Assembly: GCF_001949145.1 (NCBI RefSeq)
Contig: NW_019091357.1
Location: 1,853,704 to 1,917,703 of the forward strand
Direction: 5' to 3'
DNA: 64,000 nt
Origin: Acanthaster planci
Taxonomy: Eukaryota
Shown: positions 25,311 to 38,301 of the stretch, piece after piece
Layout: the number at the start of each line of letters is the position of its first letter
Numbering within the stretch: the stretch's first letter is position 1
The notes under the pieces: model-generated
The model's input: the letters and a program-made list of their open reading frames with translations, nothing else
The model's database searches: none
Told to the model about the DNA's origin: nothing
Made by a program: the position numbers and the translations under genes

Positions 25311-28300
25311 GACTGTTTAAAAAAGCGCTGGTGATTATCAAGGCCAATAGACGGCGTATGTCACAAGTCATAGAAGACACAGTGTGCATACATAATGGGT
25401 GAATAAATTATAGGGCCTACAAAAAGTGATCATGTGATGGTATCTATTGGTATGGTATTCAGTTTGTAAGTGTGGCGTCACTTCTGTTTAAACCACGCCC
25501 ACTGCACATGCACTGCACATACACAAAATGATCGCCATTAACGTGGGACCATGGAACCGGAAGTTAACGCGCAACTTCAGCGATCGTCCAATGGGAGCCT
25601 GCAAATCGTAGCGCGTTCGCCTTCGTAACGAAGTCACTTACGAACTGAAGTGGAACTAAGCTCTGTATGAATTTACCAAGGAACAGGCGACAGCAGGACC
25701 CGAAATATTACAATGTTAAATGTTACAGATATAAAGTCGGAACTAGCCTAGGTTAATTCTAAGGTTTGCTTGAAATCATGCTTGAAGACTTCATTCACAT
25801 ACACCAACAAGGTTGCCTCTGGGTTCGGGTAATTTTAATGTTTCTGGCATACTGACAAATATCTCAGGGAAAATACATTTAGGCAAATTTTTCCAGTCAC
25901 TCGTACAAGTTTGTACACACTTGACAACAAACAAGGGCAATGGCCATATAGGTTGGTGTCTTTAATAATGTTTGGGAATATGAATTCGTGCGCACGACCA
26001 TCAGAGTAAAAAAAACTTGATAAACATTATTCCATGTACCTGTACTTTCATGTGAATTAACACTACGAAATGCAGACAATATGCGACATAAAATACTTCC
26101 AAGTAATTAATGTATTCGATTACCATATTCAAAGGCGTCGGAATCAAACAAAACGCATGCGAGACCATGCATACAAATACAATGTGGTCGTATGTTCGTG
26201 CTCCAACACACATGACCATGTATGTACTTTGTGTCATCGGTCGACCGTGTAGTTGTACAAAAATTGGACCTCAAATTTTCACTGTAATGGAAGGCTGTTT
26301 TGGTATAAACAGGCGTGAAGTCAAGATCGGAAATTTTGACAAGGAATCGCGTAGCATCTAGTACGGTGCTGAAGTCAGTGGTAATGCTCGTAATCAGTCG
26401 TAGGAGGCGTACTGTACCAAACGTACCACTACTGAGAGGCTGGACAGATGGCGCAAAAAACCTGTCATAAAAAACCTCCAAATGCATTCATATGCGTCAT
26501 TCGTAGCTGCTGTAGAAAGTCCTTAACTTGTAATGTGTAAATGAATCTCAAAGTTGAAAAAAAATGACTTTTACATACAAAACTGGGGATGTTTAGGATT
26601 ACTTTTTTTGGAGAAACTTAAAGTCGTTGAACAGGTCTCTGAAATTCCACTTTTCGAAGTCTTCTTCGGCAGAAATGAAACATATACGACACTAAAACCC
26701 AGCTCTGCTCATAACGAACATCTTTGGTTTGAATCATTAGGTAGCTATCTCCGAGTTCCATAAAACGTGTTTGGCAAAAGTTTGGAAACAACTCTTGCAA
26801 ACAGCCTGCGCGAAACGGAGTCCAGCTCTCTCGTTGCTACGTGTATCTGGACGAATTCCTGCTAATGCGCACTAACTAATGGCCACTGTGAAGCACTCGT
26901 GTCTGCCGGTTGCTCAAATCAAGTTTTTCAGGAGCGACTTTCCACCCCTAATTAGAGTGCGAAATTGTAACAAGTCCAGGCACGATGATGACCCGGGGTT
27001 ACTCTTACATGCCGGATATTTCGTCAAGCTCAATGGACATGGTTTAGAGACTGTTTAAAAACCGTAAATCATTTGACCATCCCTTGAGACGTGACGATGC
27101 CTCATTATTTGGGGCAAAATGGGTTGAACTGAAGTCGGCAAGCAATATATTTTTTAAAGATATTTGCTCTGTTCCTTTAAAAAAAATACCGATCTAAAAA
27201 CGGAATAAAACAAACCGTGTGGCAGAAGTGCAGCTAGGAGGCCGAGTACCCACAATTTCAGCATGGTTGCTGTAGTGATGGAGGGCAAGTCCGAATGGAA
27301 ATTTATCACACAGAGACACTACTACGCCTTCGGCACATCTACTTGAAAATGACTGAGCTAGGCTTATAGGCCCTACTTATAACGAAGCACCGCTGCAGTT
27401 GCTAGATACCAGGCGCAGGCAATTGCCTGGGCACACCGTCGTCACGCTGTCAATCGCCGTACAATGTGAGCAGCAGGAGTATGGTATATCAGATAAATAC
27501 GACGATTACAACCATTTTTCTTCCGGTCCATTCCCTTTCCCTGGCAATTTTCCCAGGATTGAGGCATTATCAAGATAATATAATCTTTCACACGCAAGCG
27601 CTTTTGACTTCGTAGCAGAAACCCAAGCGTCAGTGAGTACGGTCAGCTATCGATATCGGAGCACTTTTTATTGCGTCCTTTATTTAGGGTAAACAAAATT
27701 CCATATAAATGCCGATAAAGTTTTAATGAGTTGTTTTTGCTGGTTAGTTATTCATTATTAGTATTTGCATCTTTCGCGGGGCCCCAATTCCGCCACAGAT
27801 GAAGGAAAAAATCCCCAAACCAAACCTTGGACACGCAAGCGGCTTCATGACGCGGTTTATTGAAACCTCCATTGGGTAAAGTTCATTTCAACATCCATGT
27901 ATGTTCATGCATGTGCACATCATGCTATATCGCGTGCATGTTGTCCGAAGTGACTGATCTATACACGCTGGAGTGGGAGGAGCAATGACGATTATGTTGG
28001 GGGGTGATGTGATTGCTGTCCTTGGTCAGTCTGGTTTGCTCCGCTGGGGGTAGGGGGCTTAAGAGGGCATGAGGCTGGTGGAGGGAGGCTGCACAGCACG
28101 TCAATTTAGTTAAGCCTATGAAAATTTGCACTGAACAAATTGTCATTCCAGTAGGGAATTCCACGACACCACGCCCCCCGAAATTACTGTTCCACAGATC
28201 TGCTGCTGCACCATTAAAACACAGACAGACAAACTGTTTTTTTTTTCATGTGCCATTTACCCTTTAATTTCACAAATCGTGCCCTTCCATAGTCCTGTGT

Positions 28301-28700
28301 AGTGATGGCGTATCACAACGTTTACCGCCCTGCATTGGTGGGCTGGAATGGGAGTCATCGGTGTACACGTACACACTGCTATCATGAGTGCGATTATCTT
28401 CGTTTCCAAATGACAATTGTTTTTTCTTAACCATCGAATTGAATCTTACATCGAAATTATCCTCCATCACCGGAAATGGTAAGATTGCACCTTTCACTTT
28501 CTACGCCGACTACTTGACGAAGACCCAAATTCTCAAGTAGGGCTTAAGAAGGAACGGCGCGAAAAGAGACTACTAAATGCCGCTCGTAATACACAACGCA
28601 TGCTCATTGACCTCTGATGACCTCCCAATTTCAAAACGTCGCCGGGAGAAAATACCGCTAGCGGCTAGGCTGTGGTAGGACTACGCTCAAAACTATCGAC

Positions 28701-31700
28701 ATGGATGACGAACAAGTGAAAGACACGGGCAAGGAATCACCACTACGCATCCAAAACAATGATCTGGACGAGACACTGCCACCCTGTAAGGAGTGTGAGA
28801 GGCATTTCTTCTCCAGAACCAACACATTCAATGTGTTTGATGGGGCGGTTGTCCTGATATCGATGGTCACGTTTGCTGCCGACATTGTGACGGGTACGGT
28901 ACTCGTACGTACATTAACATGACGTAGGCCACAGGCCAGCACTGTTTTCGTTATTTTCATTGCACTGTTACCTTTACCTTGAGACCGGAGGCGAAATCAA
29001 CTACACGTTCTCTATGCTAAGTTATAGCATTAGCAGTAGACATGGTAGATAGTTGACAGAGAACTTGATGTCTGTATTATTTTTTGCTCTTTTATCGGAA
29101 CGGCACGGGGGGGGTGGGAACGGGGAGCACAGATGCGCAAACATGGTGGTCATGATCAGATGATAGTCCATTTCTGATTCGTCCATGGAGGTTTTTATTC
29201 CTTCAAGGATAACTGATATGACAAGCAGAAGTGTAACAAATAGAATTATTAGAAGTATTTCCCTGGTTCTCTGCTTGAATTATTTTGGCTGTCGTATTCA
29301 CCTGTTCACGAGATGGGATTCATTTGTTTGTAACTGAAACAATTTAGACTTGTTAGGCCTACAACTTAAATGGGCCTACATGAAATACAATATACAAGAT
29401 TACGTGACTTCCCTCAAAAATATATTTTAAGTACGTACCGTACTGATGTAGATGCAGAATGGCTACTGGAAAGGCCTCAAACATGTCAAAGGCTGTAGGG
29501 GGAGCCTGTGAGTTTTTTAAGTAGCTGTACATGTGTATTCTCTCTATCAGAGATCCAGGAACCTCAAGTATTTCTGCATCATGTCGAAAAGCATGACAGG
29601 GGATTTTTCATACGCTAAATAAAGGCCTTAATGATGTCATGTCAAACGCAATAATGTATAGAGCAAGGAAACAGCTTGCTTCATCAGTGTCTGTCTTTTG
29701 GTTAGGATGGTGACAGAAGTGTTACAAGACTTCCAAATTTAGTTGACGACATTGTACAATAAATGGGCATTTATGGTGCCAGATTCTGCAACGGCACTAG
29801 GCCTTTTTATATGTGGTGAGTTCAATACGCACACTGCCCAGCAAGCATGTCAACCTGGATGTGACCCCCCCCCAACACACACACACTTAGCAGTTCCATG
29901 TATTTTCATTTTCCTAGGTGTTTTATTTTTCCATAGACACTGATCAGCTGATACATGTACATTGTACAAGTTTGTCTTTACTTCCAGTGGTAGCCCAAAT
30001 TCCTCCCTAACCGCTCCAAGCGGAACAAGAGAGGCGTGTTTTTTTGGGTACTCACCGCAAGGACGCGCCATGAGGCGTGCAAGTATATATGTGTGTTCGA
30101 CACGGAGCACACTGAGCACGTGTAACTAATTTACTCCGGCATGTAGAGTCTTTGCATACATGCAGAATGCTTGCAAGGACCCGCTTGTAACCACCTGTCT
30201 TTCTTTTCAACGATTGGGGGCGCACTTCAGCTCGGGGCGGATACCCCACAAGGACTTTTCAAGGCAAATAAAGCCCAAGTTACACGCTAGTCTGGCTCCT
30301 GTTTCAAATGCTGCAGATTGCTGTGGTACCATGCAGAAGTGCACAGCATCCAGTCTAACATCCTGGAACTGTAGCCACGACATTAAAAACAAAATCTTCC
30401 AGGGCCATGAACCAGTTGTTTATACAGCTAATCAATCATGAAATAGACAAAGCTGAAGCCAAACTTTCAACCAAAAAGCAAACTGAATGAATTTTTTTTC
30501 AGATGGCCTGGCAGCAAGTCAATATTTTGTCTACGGGGAACCAGGCTGGGGTTGCCTGACTCTCAGTTTTACCCTGGTTCCCTCCATCATCATACAGTTG
30601 TTCAGTGCACGCTGGTACTTAGCTGATGAAGACATGACTGGTTGGAGATGGGTCTTCCATTGCTGCCTCCTTGGACCCATAGAGAGGTACATGTATCAAT
30701 GTGTACATTTTGCACACCAGCCTCCACCCTCAATCTGGGATTTGTCCTTTTTTACAAATCTCAGACTTGTTTTAATCTTGGCTGCCTCTCAAACTCTGCC
30801 ATCAATCAATCTAAAATGTTTTAAACGTGAAATCAGAAAAACTGTCCTCCACGGTCACGTCAGACAGTCCAGCAAGTTTTTACGATCCACTCGAATAGTG
30901 TTCAGTGATTCATATATACGGTTCCACGCAATGGCTTCAAAATGTTTGTCTTTAAATCGTAGCTCAGAGCTAGCCTGTGGTGGACTTTTCTTTATTTGTT
31001 TGTTTGTTTGGTTTTTTTTTCTTTCAATAGATATCTCACTGTCTTTGAGACTGGACTGGAAGCCCGACGGAGCAGGGATCCACTTGACTTTGAGCGTTTA
31101 CATCACCAGCAGAGTGATGTGAGCATGCTTCGTTTGTTTGAGTCATTTTTGGAGTCGGCTCCCCAAGTTGTCTTGCAGCTCTACATCATGGTCGCGACCA
31201 ACGATGAAAACCTCTTCACAGGTGATAAATTATGGGGTTCTTTTCCAAAATTTCCCTTTACTGTACATCTAGTAAATTTTTTTTACCACATTTCATCAGA
31301 CCATTTCATCAGACCAAAACTTGTTTTCCCTATTTTTTCCATACAGGTATAGCCTGTATAGTGTCACTGATATCTCTCTGCTGGGCCATGGTTGCCTACA
31401 ATCGTGCACATCGCCGCGTAAGAGCGGACAAGAACAGCGTGTCAATAGCTGGCGCTGCCCTCCAGACTATCTGGCGCATCGGAATGATCTCGTCGCGCGT
31501 TGTTGCCCTGGTGCTGTTTGCCTCTGCCTTCCGAGCTTACACGTTTTTGGTAGTAGGTAAGTTTAAAATGTGTTATCTTTGATCACTTTCACCCATATGA
31601 AATGCAAGCTTTAATACCTGACTGAAAAGACAAGGATTAAAGCACCATCTGCAAAAGTGTTACCCCTGACCAACAGGCTTGTACATGTAGTCAGTTTTTT

Positions 31701-34700
31701 TAAATGTCCAGGCCAACTCCCTGTTGAGTGTAACATCAATGCTCCATCGTTGGATGTCTGAGTTAATTCTTTTCTCTTGGCTTCAGACTGAATCAGAAAA
31801 GATAGTTTGCTTAAGGATGCTACTTGAAGGATCCCTTCTAGTCTGAAAAGATACAGATCAGAAGTAGGTCTTTTCAGCTTAATGATGGTACAATAACATT
31901 GCATGATTTGCAAAGTCTGAAATTTCCATATGACCGAATCCCTACTCCTGTTTCTATGTGGTTTTTGGACCTTACAAGATGAGGAATGAGCGAGACCAAA
32001 GCTGATGCAGTTGGTATGAAGAGGCTCTTGACTTGAAAAATGAATTGTGAATGTACCTGCATTTTGACTTCTTTCCATGGAGCCTTCCCTTCTAGCACCC
32101 TACTCAAGCCAGCAGTTGTAACCATGTGATCCTGCAAACATGAGACATTTCCGTAGATCAGCTGAAATCTGCCATTATTCACTTGCCATCCACACCATCA
32201 CAATTTGAAAACTAGGACAATATCCTTTGCGTCTCTCAGACTCTCAGTTGCATCCCAGGTTCTGATCTCTGACAACTCGCTCCCTCCCCCGACCCCAGAA
32301 TAATTTTTGCCGTCCCTTTCCCGTCTGGCCCCAGGGATACACTGGCTGGCCATGGTGGCCTGGGTCTACCTCCAGCAGACCGACTTCTGCGACTCCTGGC
32401 TGGAGGAGAGGCTCTTCAACTGTGTCGTGGCAACTGTCTACATTTTCTGCTTCTTCAACCTGAAGGAGGGCAACACGCGGTACCGCATCAGCATCTTCTA
32501 TCTGGTGGTTGCCGTAGAGAACGTGGCATTGCTACTGCTGTGGCACCATTTTGGGATGCTGGAGGATTGGTACACCTTCCTGGGGTTCACGGTGGTGTTT
32601 GGTGGCTTCATCATTGGTGAGGTTTCATTTCTCTTCCCATCCCCGATATCTTATTAAATGTGGTGTCCCGATTTTTGTAAACATTTAATGCAGGTCGAGT
32701 GTTGTGAAAGGCAGTATAATGTAGAGAGAAATTATCATTTGAGTTCAGTTGGTGCCGGAATTTTTGGCGTGCCCGTGCTGTGTCTCTACACTTTAAGCTA
32801 CTATCCATGAAGCGTATGGACATTGTGACAGCTCAAGCGTGGAATGTTGAAGCTGTGTTTTTCTTCTTCTCAACACCATGCCGTTGAACTTGGGTTAAAA
32901 TATCATGGAATATTGCAAGAGGAGGGTGTGGGCCTGTCAGTAAATGGTATTATTTGGTTTACTTGACGGTCTCCTCCCCTCCCCACAGGTGTCACAACAA
33001 TGATCTTGTACTACAAATACTTCCATCCCAGAGGGGCCATATCATTCTGTAACAGCGCCCCCCGTGACAAGAATGACATCTGTCAACACGGTAAGTCCAA
33101 CCGTCTGTCAACTCTCGGTCATCGCCACGACAACTTGGATGCCGAGATCTTTCGCCGCTCCAGGACCCCTTCTCCACAGAACTCCCCTCACGATGAGCAA
33201 GCTGGTCACTGCTTGGAGGGCCCATACCCTGATATGGCAGTAACCCCCCATAAGTATTCACCCCCCAAGACTAACCCTGACTGTTTGGATTGGCGAACAG
33301 TACCCCCGCTCAGGAGCAAGAGCTTAAGCTGCTTGCTTTCAACAGAAAAGGAATGCCTAAATGGAAGACAGTTCTCACAAGGTACCAGATCGTTACAGTG
33401 CCTGGAGGAAACGGGTCGTCCATCTAAACTATCATCATTCCCTCCCCAAAAGTGCCCAGAATCGTGCACTTGTAGTTTTCAAGCTTATGAGCTGTCGGGC
33501 TTTGCCACGGACTTGGCAGATAGATTTGATAGGTGCAAAGAACTGGCACTTGCTGAGTCGTTACTGTCCGACGAGTCGAAGTTGAGTCTGTACTCTGCCC
33601 GGCCAGGTGCTGCTGTGAACCAAACGCCATGCCGAGCTTGCCTGAATTTGGGGAACAGTCAGTTAAAGCCAATAGCATCAGTTGGGAACAGGTTCCGATC
33701 CCGTTCCCAACCAAGTACACCATCAGTCACCCATTGGAGCAGTCCTGCTTATTATGAAATCCACCAATACCCCCACCCCGCTGTCCATTTGGCCACTAGC
33801 ACTGAGGCCCACCACCCACCCACTCCTCAAAATGCTGTGATTCCAGAAAGTACAGATAATGCAATGGAAATCAGCCGAGCGTCGGCTGACTTGCCTCCAA
33901 TGCCCAGCTTCATTGATTCCCCTCAAACGGCTGGCAAATTGAATGCATATGAAATCCAGAAAATATATGATCAGATACTTGAGAGGGAGCCCTTGCCCCG
34001 TGTCTCTAAAAGACAGTTAAAGTTTGATAAGGATCTTGAAGACTGTCATGTGAATTGCCAAGGAGGTCCCATTTCCAACTTTAGCGAGGCTTTTCAAAAT
34101 TGTCCCGGGGCTGTTGACAAAGCCAGGCAACCCAAAAGTCAGTTTGGCAAAGACGCTGCCTTAAATATAACAAAATGTAACCAGTTGCTCGATGCAAAAC
34201 TCAAAGCTTCAGCCAGAACTGATGAACATAAAAAGAAACCTTTCAAGTGTAAACTGCAGAGGGCGGAAAAGCCTGAACACGATGAGAGTGAATCATTTCC
34301 AGACATATACTGTGAGCAACTGATAACTAGCGAGGCCAAGCAGCCTGAAAATGAAAGAAGACTTTCAGAATGTGTGTCCAATGTAGCAGACCTCCCTTGC
34401 GATTCTGCCCCTGACAGTGAAGACTACAGGCACTTCATGCAGCAGACAAATCCCGGTGCTTGCCCAGAGCTAGGCACGCTGTCCCCAGAGGTTCTTGAGC
34501 CTAACCAAATACCACAACAAGCTGGCGTTAATGTCTCCGCTCTTGCTGGACCACCAAGTCCACGAGGACACGTTGTTCCCAATCTGGGAGGAAGCCATAG
34601 TACAGTGGCCTGCTTTCGTAGATTGTCGATGCAAGATGTTGCCGAGAACGATACCCTGGTTAACATCCCTGTCGTCTCAAAGATCTCTCACAAGGTCCAA

Positions 34701-35384
34701 GGAGGCGAAAATATCACTCCTGACCCGATCACAGGCCCCACTGATGAAACCGACATCTATCCATTCAACCAAACTTCTGATCGTCGATCAGTCTGTCCTA
34801 AGAACCTCTGCCAAGTTTCCACAGTTGGAAACTTGAAGGAGGAAGACTGTGAAAACCGTATGAACGCAGAACCAGCCTGCGTCATCGAAAATGCCCCTTC
34901 CTCTCCCTCACTTTCCCCCTGTCCTTTCGAGCCGATCGGTACAAACGGTAACAAAAGCAACCATCTCAGTCCCACGCAGACCACTCGTGAGCCAAAGCCC
35001 CTGGAAGACTCCACCTTTGCCGGTGACTCGCGGAAAAATGGCCAGCATTTCAAGAAAGCACAGAGAAGCGTTCTTCTTGCATCAGGAAACAAGAACCCCC
35101 CGCCCGCTCCTCTGCCTGTCCCGAGTTCGCCTCGCGGCGCAAGTCCCAAGGGCCACAAGGCCAGGCTTGGTCAGACAGGCGCTTGCCTGTCGTTGGATGT
35201 TCCCATCGCCCGCTCCGGACAGGGCAAAGAGAACAACAGCCCCTTGACTCCCCTGAGTGCCAGGTTGGCCCTCCTGTCTCCCACTCCCAACCCTTCCCCA
35301 GCCCTAAAGAAGCCTCCACGGAAATCCCTGGGTAGAATCCCGACCAATCTCGTGGCTGACAAGGTGGCCCTTTTTAACAATTAA
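28701..35384 (+). CDS. XKR: XK-related protein (XKR4/6/7-like phospholipid scramblase family) with a very long C-terminal tail
   Basis: Exons 28701-28893, 30503-30686, 31031-31221, 31347-31556, 32335-32616, 32989-35384 (TAA); phases consistent. XK motifs: FAADIVTD, QLFSARWY, DVSMLRLFESFLESAPQVVLQLYI, SLISLCWAMVAY, SRVVALVLFAS, HWLAM, FCFFNLKEGNTRYR, ENVALLLLW, MILYYKYFHP. Confidence 0.92.
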
Positions 35385-37984
35385 CTAAATGCGACGAACT
35401 TAACAGAAATGTGGGCACCTTGCATTTGGCAATATGCCAAAATGGCTGATGGCAAAACAAGACCACAGTGCTACATCGTAGCATCAGAACGTGCTCTTCT
35501 AAACATTGAAATAATGCATAGATATCATTACTGGAAACCAAAACAGAAGTGAAATTTGAGCTTTTTAATACACACATGCAATATTTCCTCGGCGTAGCTT
35601 TGCCCTGTTGAAATGTAATTGCAGGTAGGATGAATACATGGTTCATTTCCGTGCGAATACATAATTACCTCTTCACACAGTTATATATCCATATTTTGAT
35701 GGACACAAAATAAATACTGGTCGGGCTAGTTTGCTTGCGTTTGGATTTGTTTTACCAGTGATATAATCACACGTTGCATTATTCAATTCTAAACACACTT
35801 TAAAGTGAAAGGTTCGTTTTATTTTTTCAAGTCGAAGTTTTATTTATTTTGTACAGCGATGCATGCACTGTGCATGGTACATTAGTTTTCCGTTTGTGTC
35901 TTTTAAATGTAGGTCCTACCTATATTGTTACATACATCTCTCTTCGACTTTCGCTTTTTACTTGCTTGCCTTTTTTTTCAATGCAGCGACGTATACATTC
36001 TGCAGAAAGAAGAAGTAATATACTCTTTCTAGTTGTTTTGACATAACTGTATATTTAGTATTAATCCTACTACATGTACATGTGTTAAGCCGCGCTGTGT
36101 ACTCTCGATTTCGGCGTATGCTTACCAGGAGTTCCCTGGTTCCCTGTAAATGTTCAATCCTCGCTTCGGGGCGAGGGTGTGTCTGTCTCAAGTCTCCTGA
36201 AAAGTGTTCAGGATGTTAATACTTTTTCACACATCAGTTGTCGTCACTGAAGAATTGCCGCACTGCTGCCCGCCTGTGGGACGACAGATATTCTGTAAAA
36301 CTATTTTGTGAATTGTACAGAATAGATTCACGGGGAAGCATTTTGGCGAGAGAACTAGTTTGTGCAAATAGGCGACTCCACTTAATTTTATGAATTGCAC
36401 ATGCGGCTTGTGGAGCACGGGCTTGTTTGATATGTTTAATGCGCGAAACATGTAAATTCCAAACAGACAAACAGAAACCACGAATTTTAGTTTTGTGCAT
36501 CAAGTAGTCCAAAGGATAATGTTTATGAAATATGAATTACAGTATAGTGTATTTTGTTCCAACAAAAGTGTTTTAACGACGATTAGATTACATTTTTAGT
36601 AATGTACTTGCATGACTCACGTTGATATCTTTTAAACACCCTAAATTCAAGGCTCATGTTAAACTTTTATAAAACCAAAACAATGTGGTCAGCACTATTA
36701 TTTATAAAATAGGACACCATCTTAAAAAAATGAAGGGACGTATCTCTGGGTTTCGTTTTTAAAGAAATGATGGTATTTTAGAATAGCACGTCTTATTTGT
36801 ACTGTTAAACAAGTGCAGAATAACGGTATCCGAAAAAATGCAACATGTAGGCCTACGTACATAATACTTGCCATATTTTACCGTAAATGCATGTACACAT
36901 CGTGTTTAATAACTTAGCAGTTCTGCCATTTATTTACTCCATTATTGTGTCACTTTGCTGGCTAGTGTTTTACGTTAATACTGGTGTACATGTATGTTAT
37001 TGGGATGAAGTCGGGTGGGCTTTGGGATGGAGGTGTGTTCCACTTAAGGTGAAGGGGGGCGATCCGCCCATTCTGCAGAAATTGGCTGCTCAGTTATAAT
37101 ACAGGGGTGTGAGAATCCACCTTTTTAGCTGATTTCAGCTTTTTCGGGGGGGGTAGATGTTGACCCCGAATTTCAACTTTTATGTACACCTGGTCTGTAC
37201 AAAAGTATGGGAACTTTTTACATTTCAGCTTTTTGCCAGCTGTTTTCAGCTTCAATTTTAAGTGGCCACTCACACCCCTGATCATCGGATGTGCACCACA
37301 CATGGTTAAATCTGGCTTGTTTATAGCGTACCCGTAAAAACGCCGGGTAAATATGGGCTTGTTAGCTCCAAATGGCACAAATATTGCACGATATCTGAAT
37401 AACGTGCCTATGCGAATGGTTCGAAATAAAAATTGTTTATTTTTCGGATAGTTTTTGACATCTGACGGTTACCATTTTCTTTGATTCACATAGAAGTGGC
37501 TCTTCAGTTGGTGTCGTTGTTTGTTTGTTCGTAGTTGTGTTTAGCTGTAATGTTTTTGGATTGGGCGGGGTTTCATTTGGTCGTGTTGCGTTTGTAATTG
37601 CAATTCTCGGTAGAAAATATTTCAGGATGTGGTCGTCGTGTTTAATATGGAAACCAGAAGTAGTGGTCCATTACGCGGTACAACATTCTAGTTACATGTA
37701 GTCGTCGTTTTATGCTAAAGTGGGAACAAAAAGAGGTACATACATGTAATTGTTGTCAGACCGATAGCGAAAATGGACGGCGCGCTTGTAGGAGTAACAG
37801 TTCAGCTTGTTTATGCAAGTTGTTTTGATTGAGAACCAAGCCTTCACTTGTACGTGCATTGTGTTCGGGAGTTTCCAGTGATGTTAGTGATGAGTAAAAT
37901 CCAGTTTCATCAAAACAATGTTCAAGGCTTGGGGGGGGCTTGGGGAAGAGAACTACATGTACATGTACTCTCGAGAACGGAATC

Positions 37985-38200
37985 AGGTTTGTGTATCGCA
38001 ATATGTTCCTCGCCTTTCACCTCAGCGACCCAGGTTCGAATTCCGTCCAGGTCTGCATTGTGGATAGGGTTTTTCAGGCCCTGCCTGACTCCGTGGGTTT
38101 TCCCAAGAGCACTTTTTGTCCAGGGTTTTCCCCACGTCTGAAACTGAACACTTTTCATCGACCTCTCAGTGGGCCGTCCACGATTTCAGAAGACAAATAT
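37985..38200 (+). mobile_element. tRNA-derived SINE-like element
   Basis: tRNA-like head with CTCGCCTTTCACC and B-box GGTTCGAATTCC (38033-38044), followed by a non-tRNA body (TGTGGATAGGGTTTTTCAG..CCTGACT.CGTGGGTTTTCCC) and an A-rich end. Boundaries are approximate. Confidence 0.55.
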
Positions 38201-38301
38201 AATAAAGCAAAGTGCTTTGTCTTCCGTCTTCCCTCTTCATAAATGATATCGGAATGCCGTTGGACTTTGTCTTATTTTGTTTTATATTTCAGACAAAGCT
38301 G

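Noticed and set aside
33206..35380. Antisense and alternate-frame ORFs within the XKR last exon
   Set aside because: They are expected shadows of a long coding exon and carry no independent motifs.
37985..38060. tRNA gene
   Set aside because: A B-box and T-arm are present, but there is no convincing acceptor stem or A-box, and the sequence continues into a SINE-like body.
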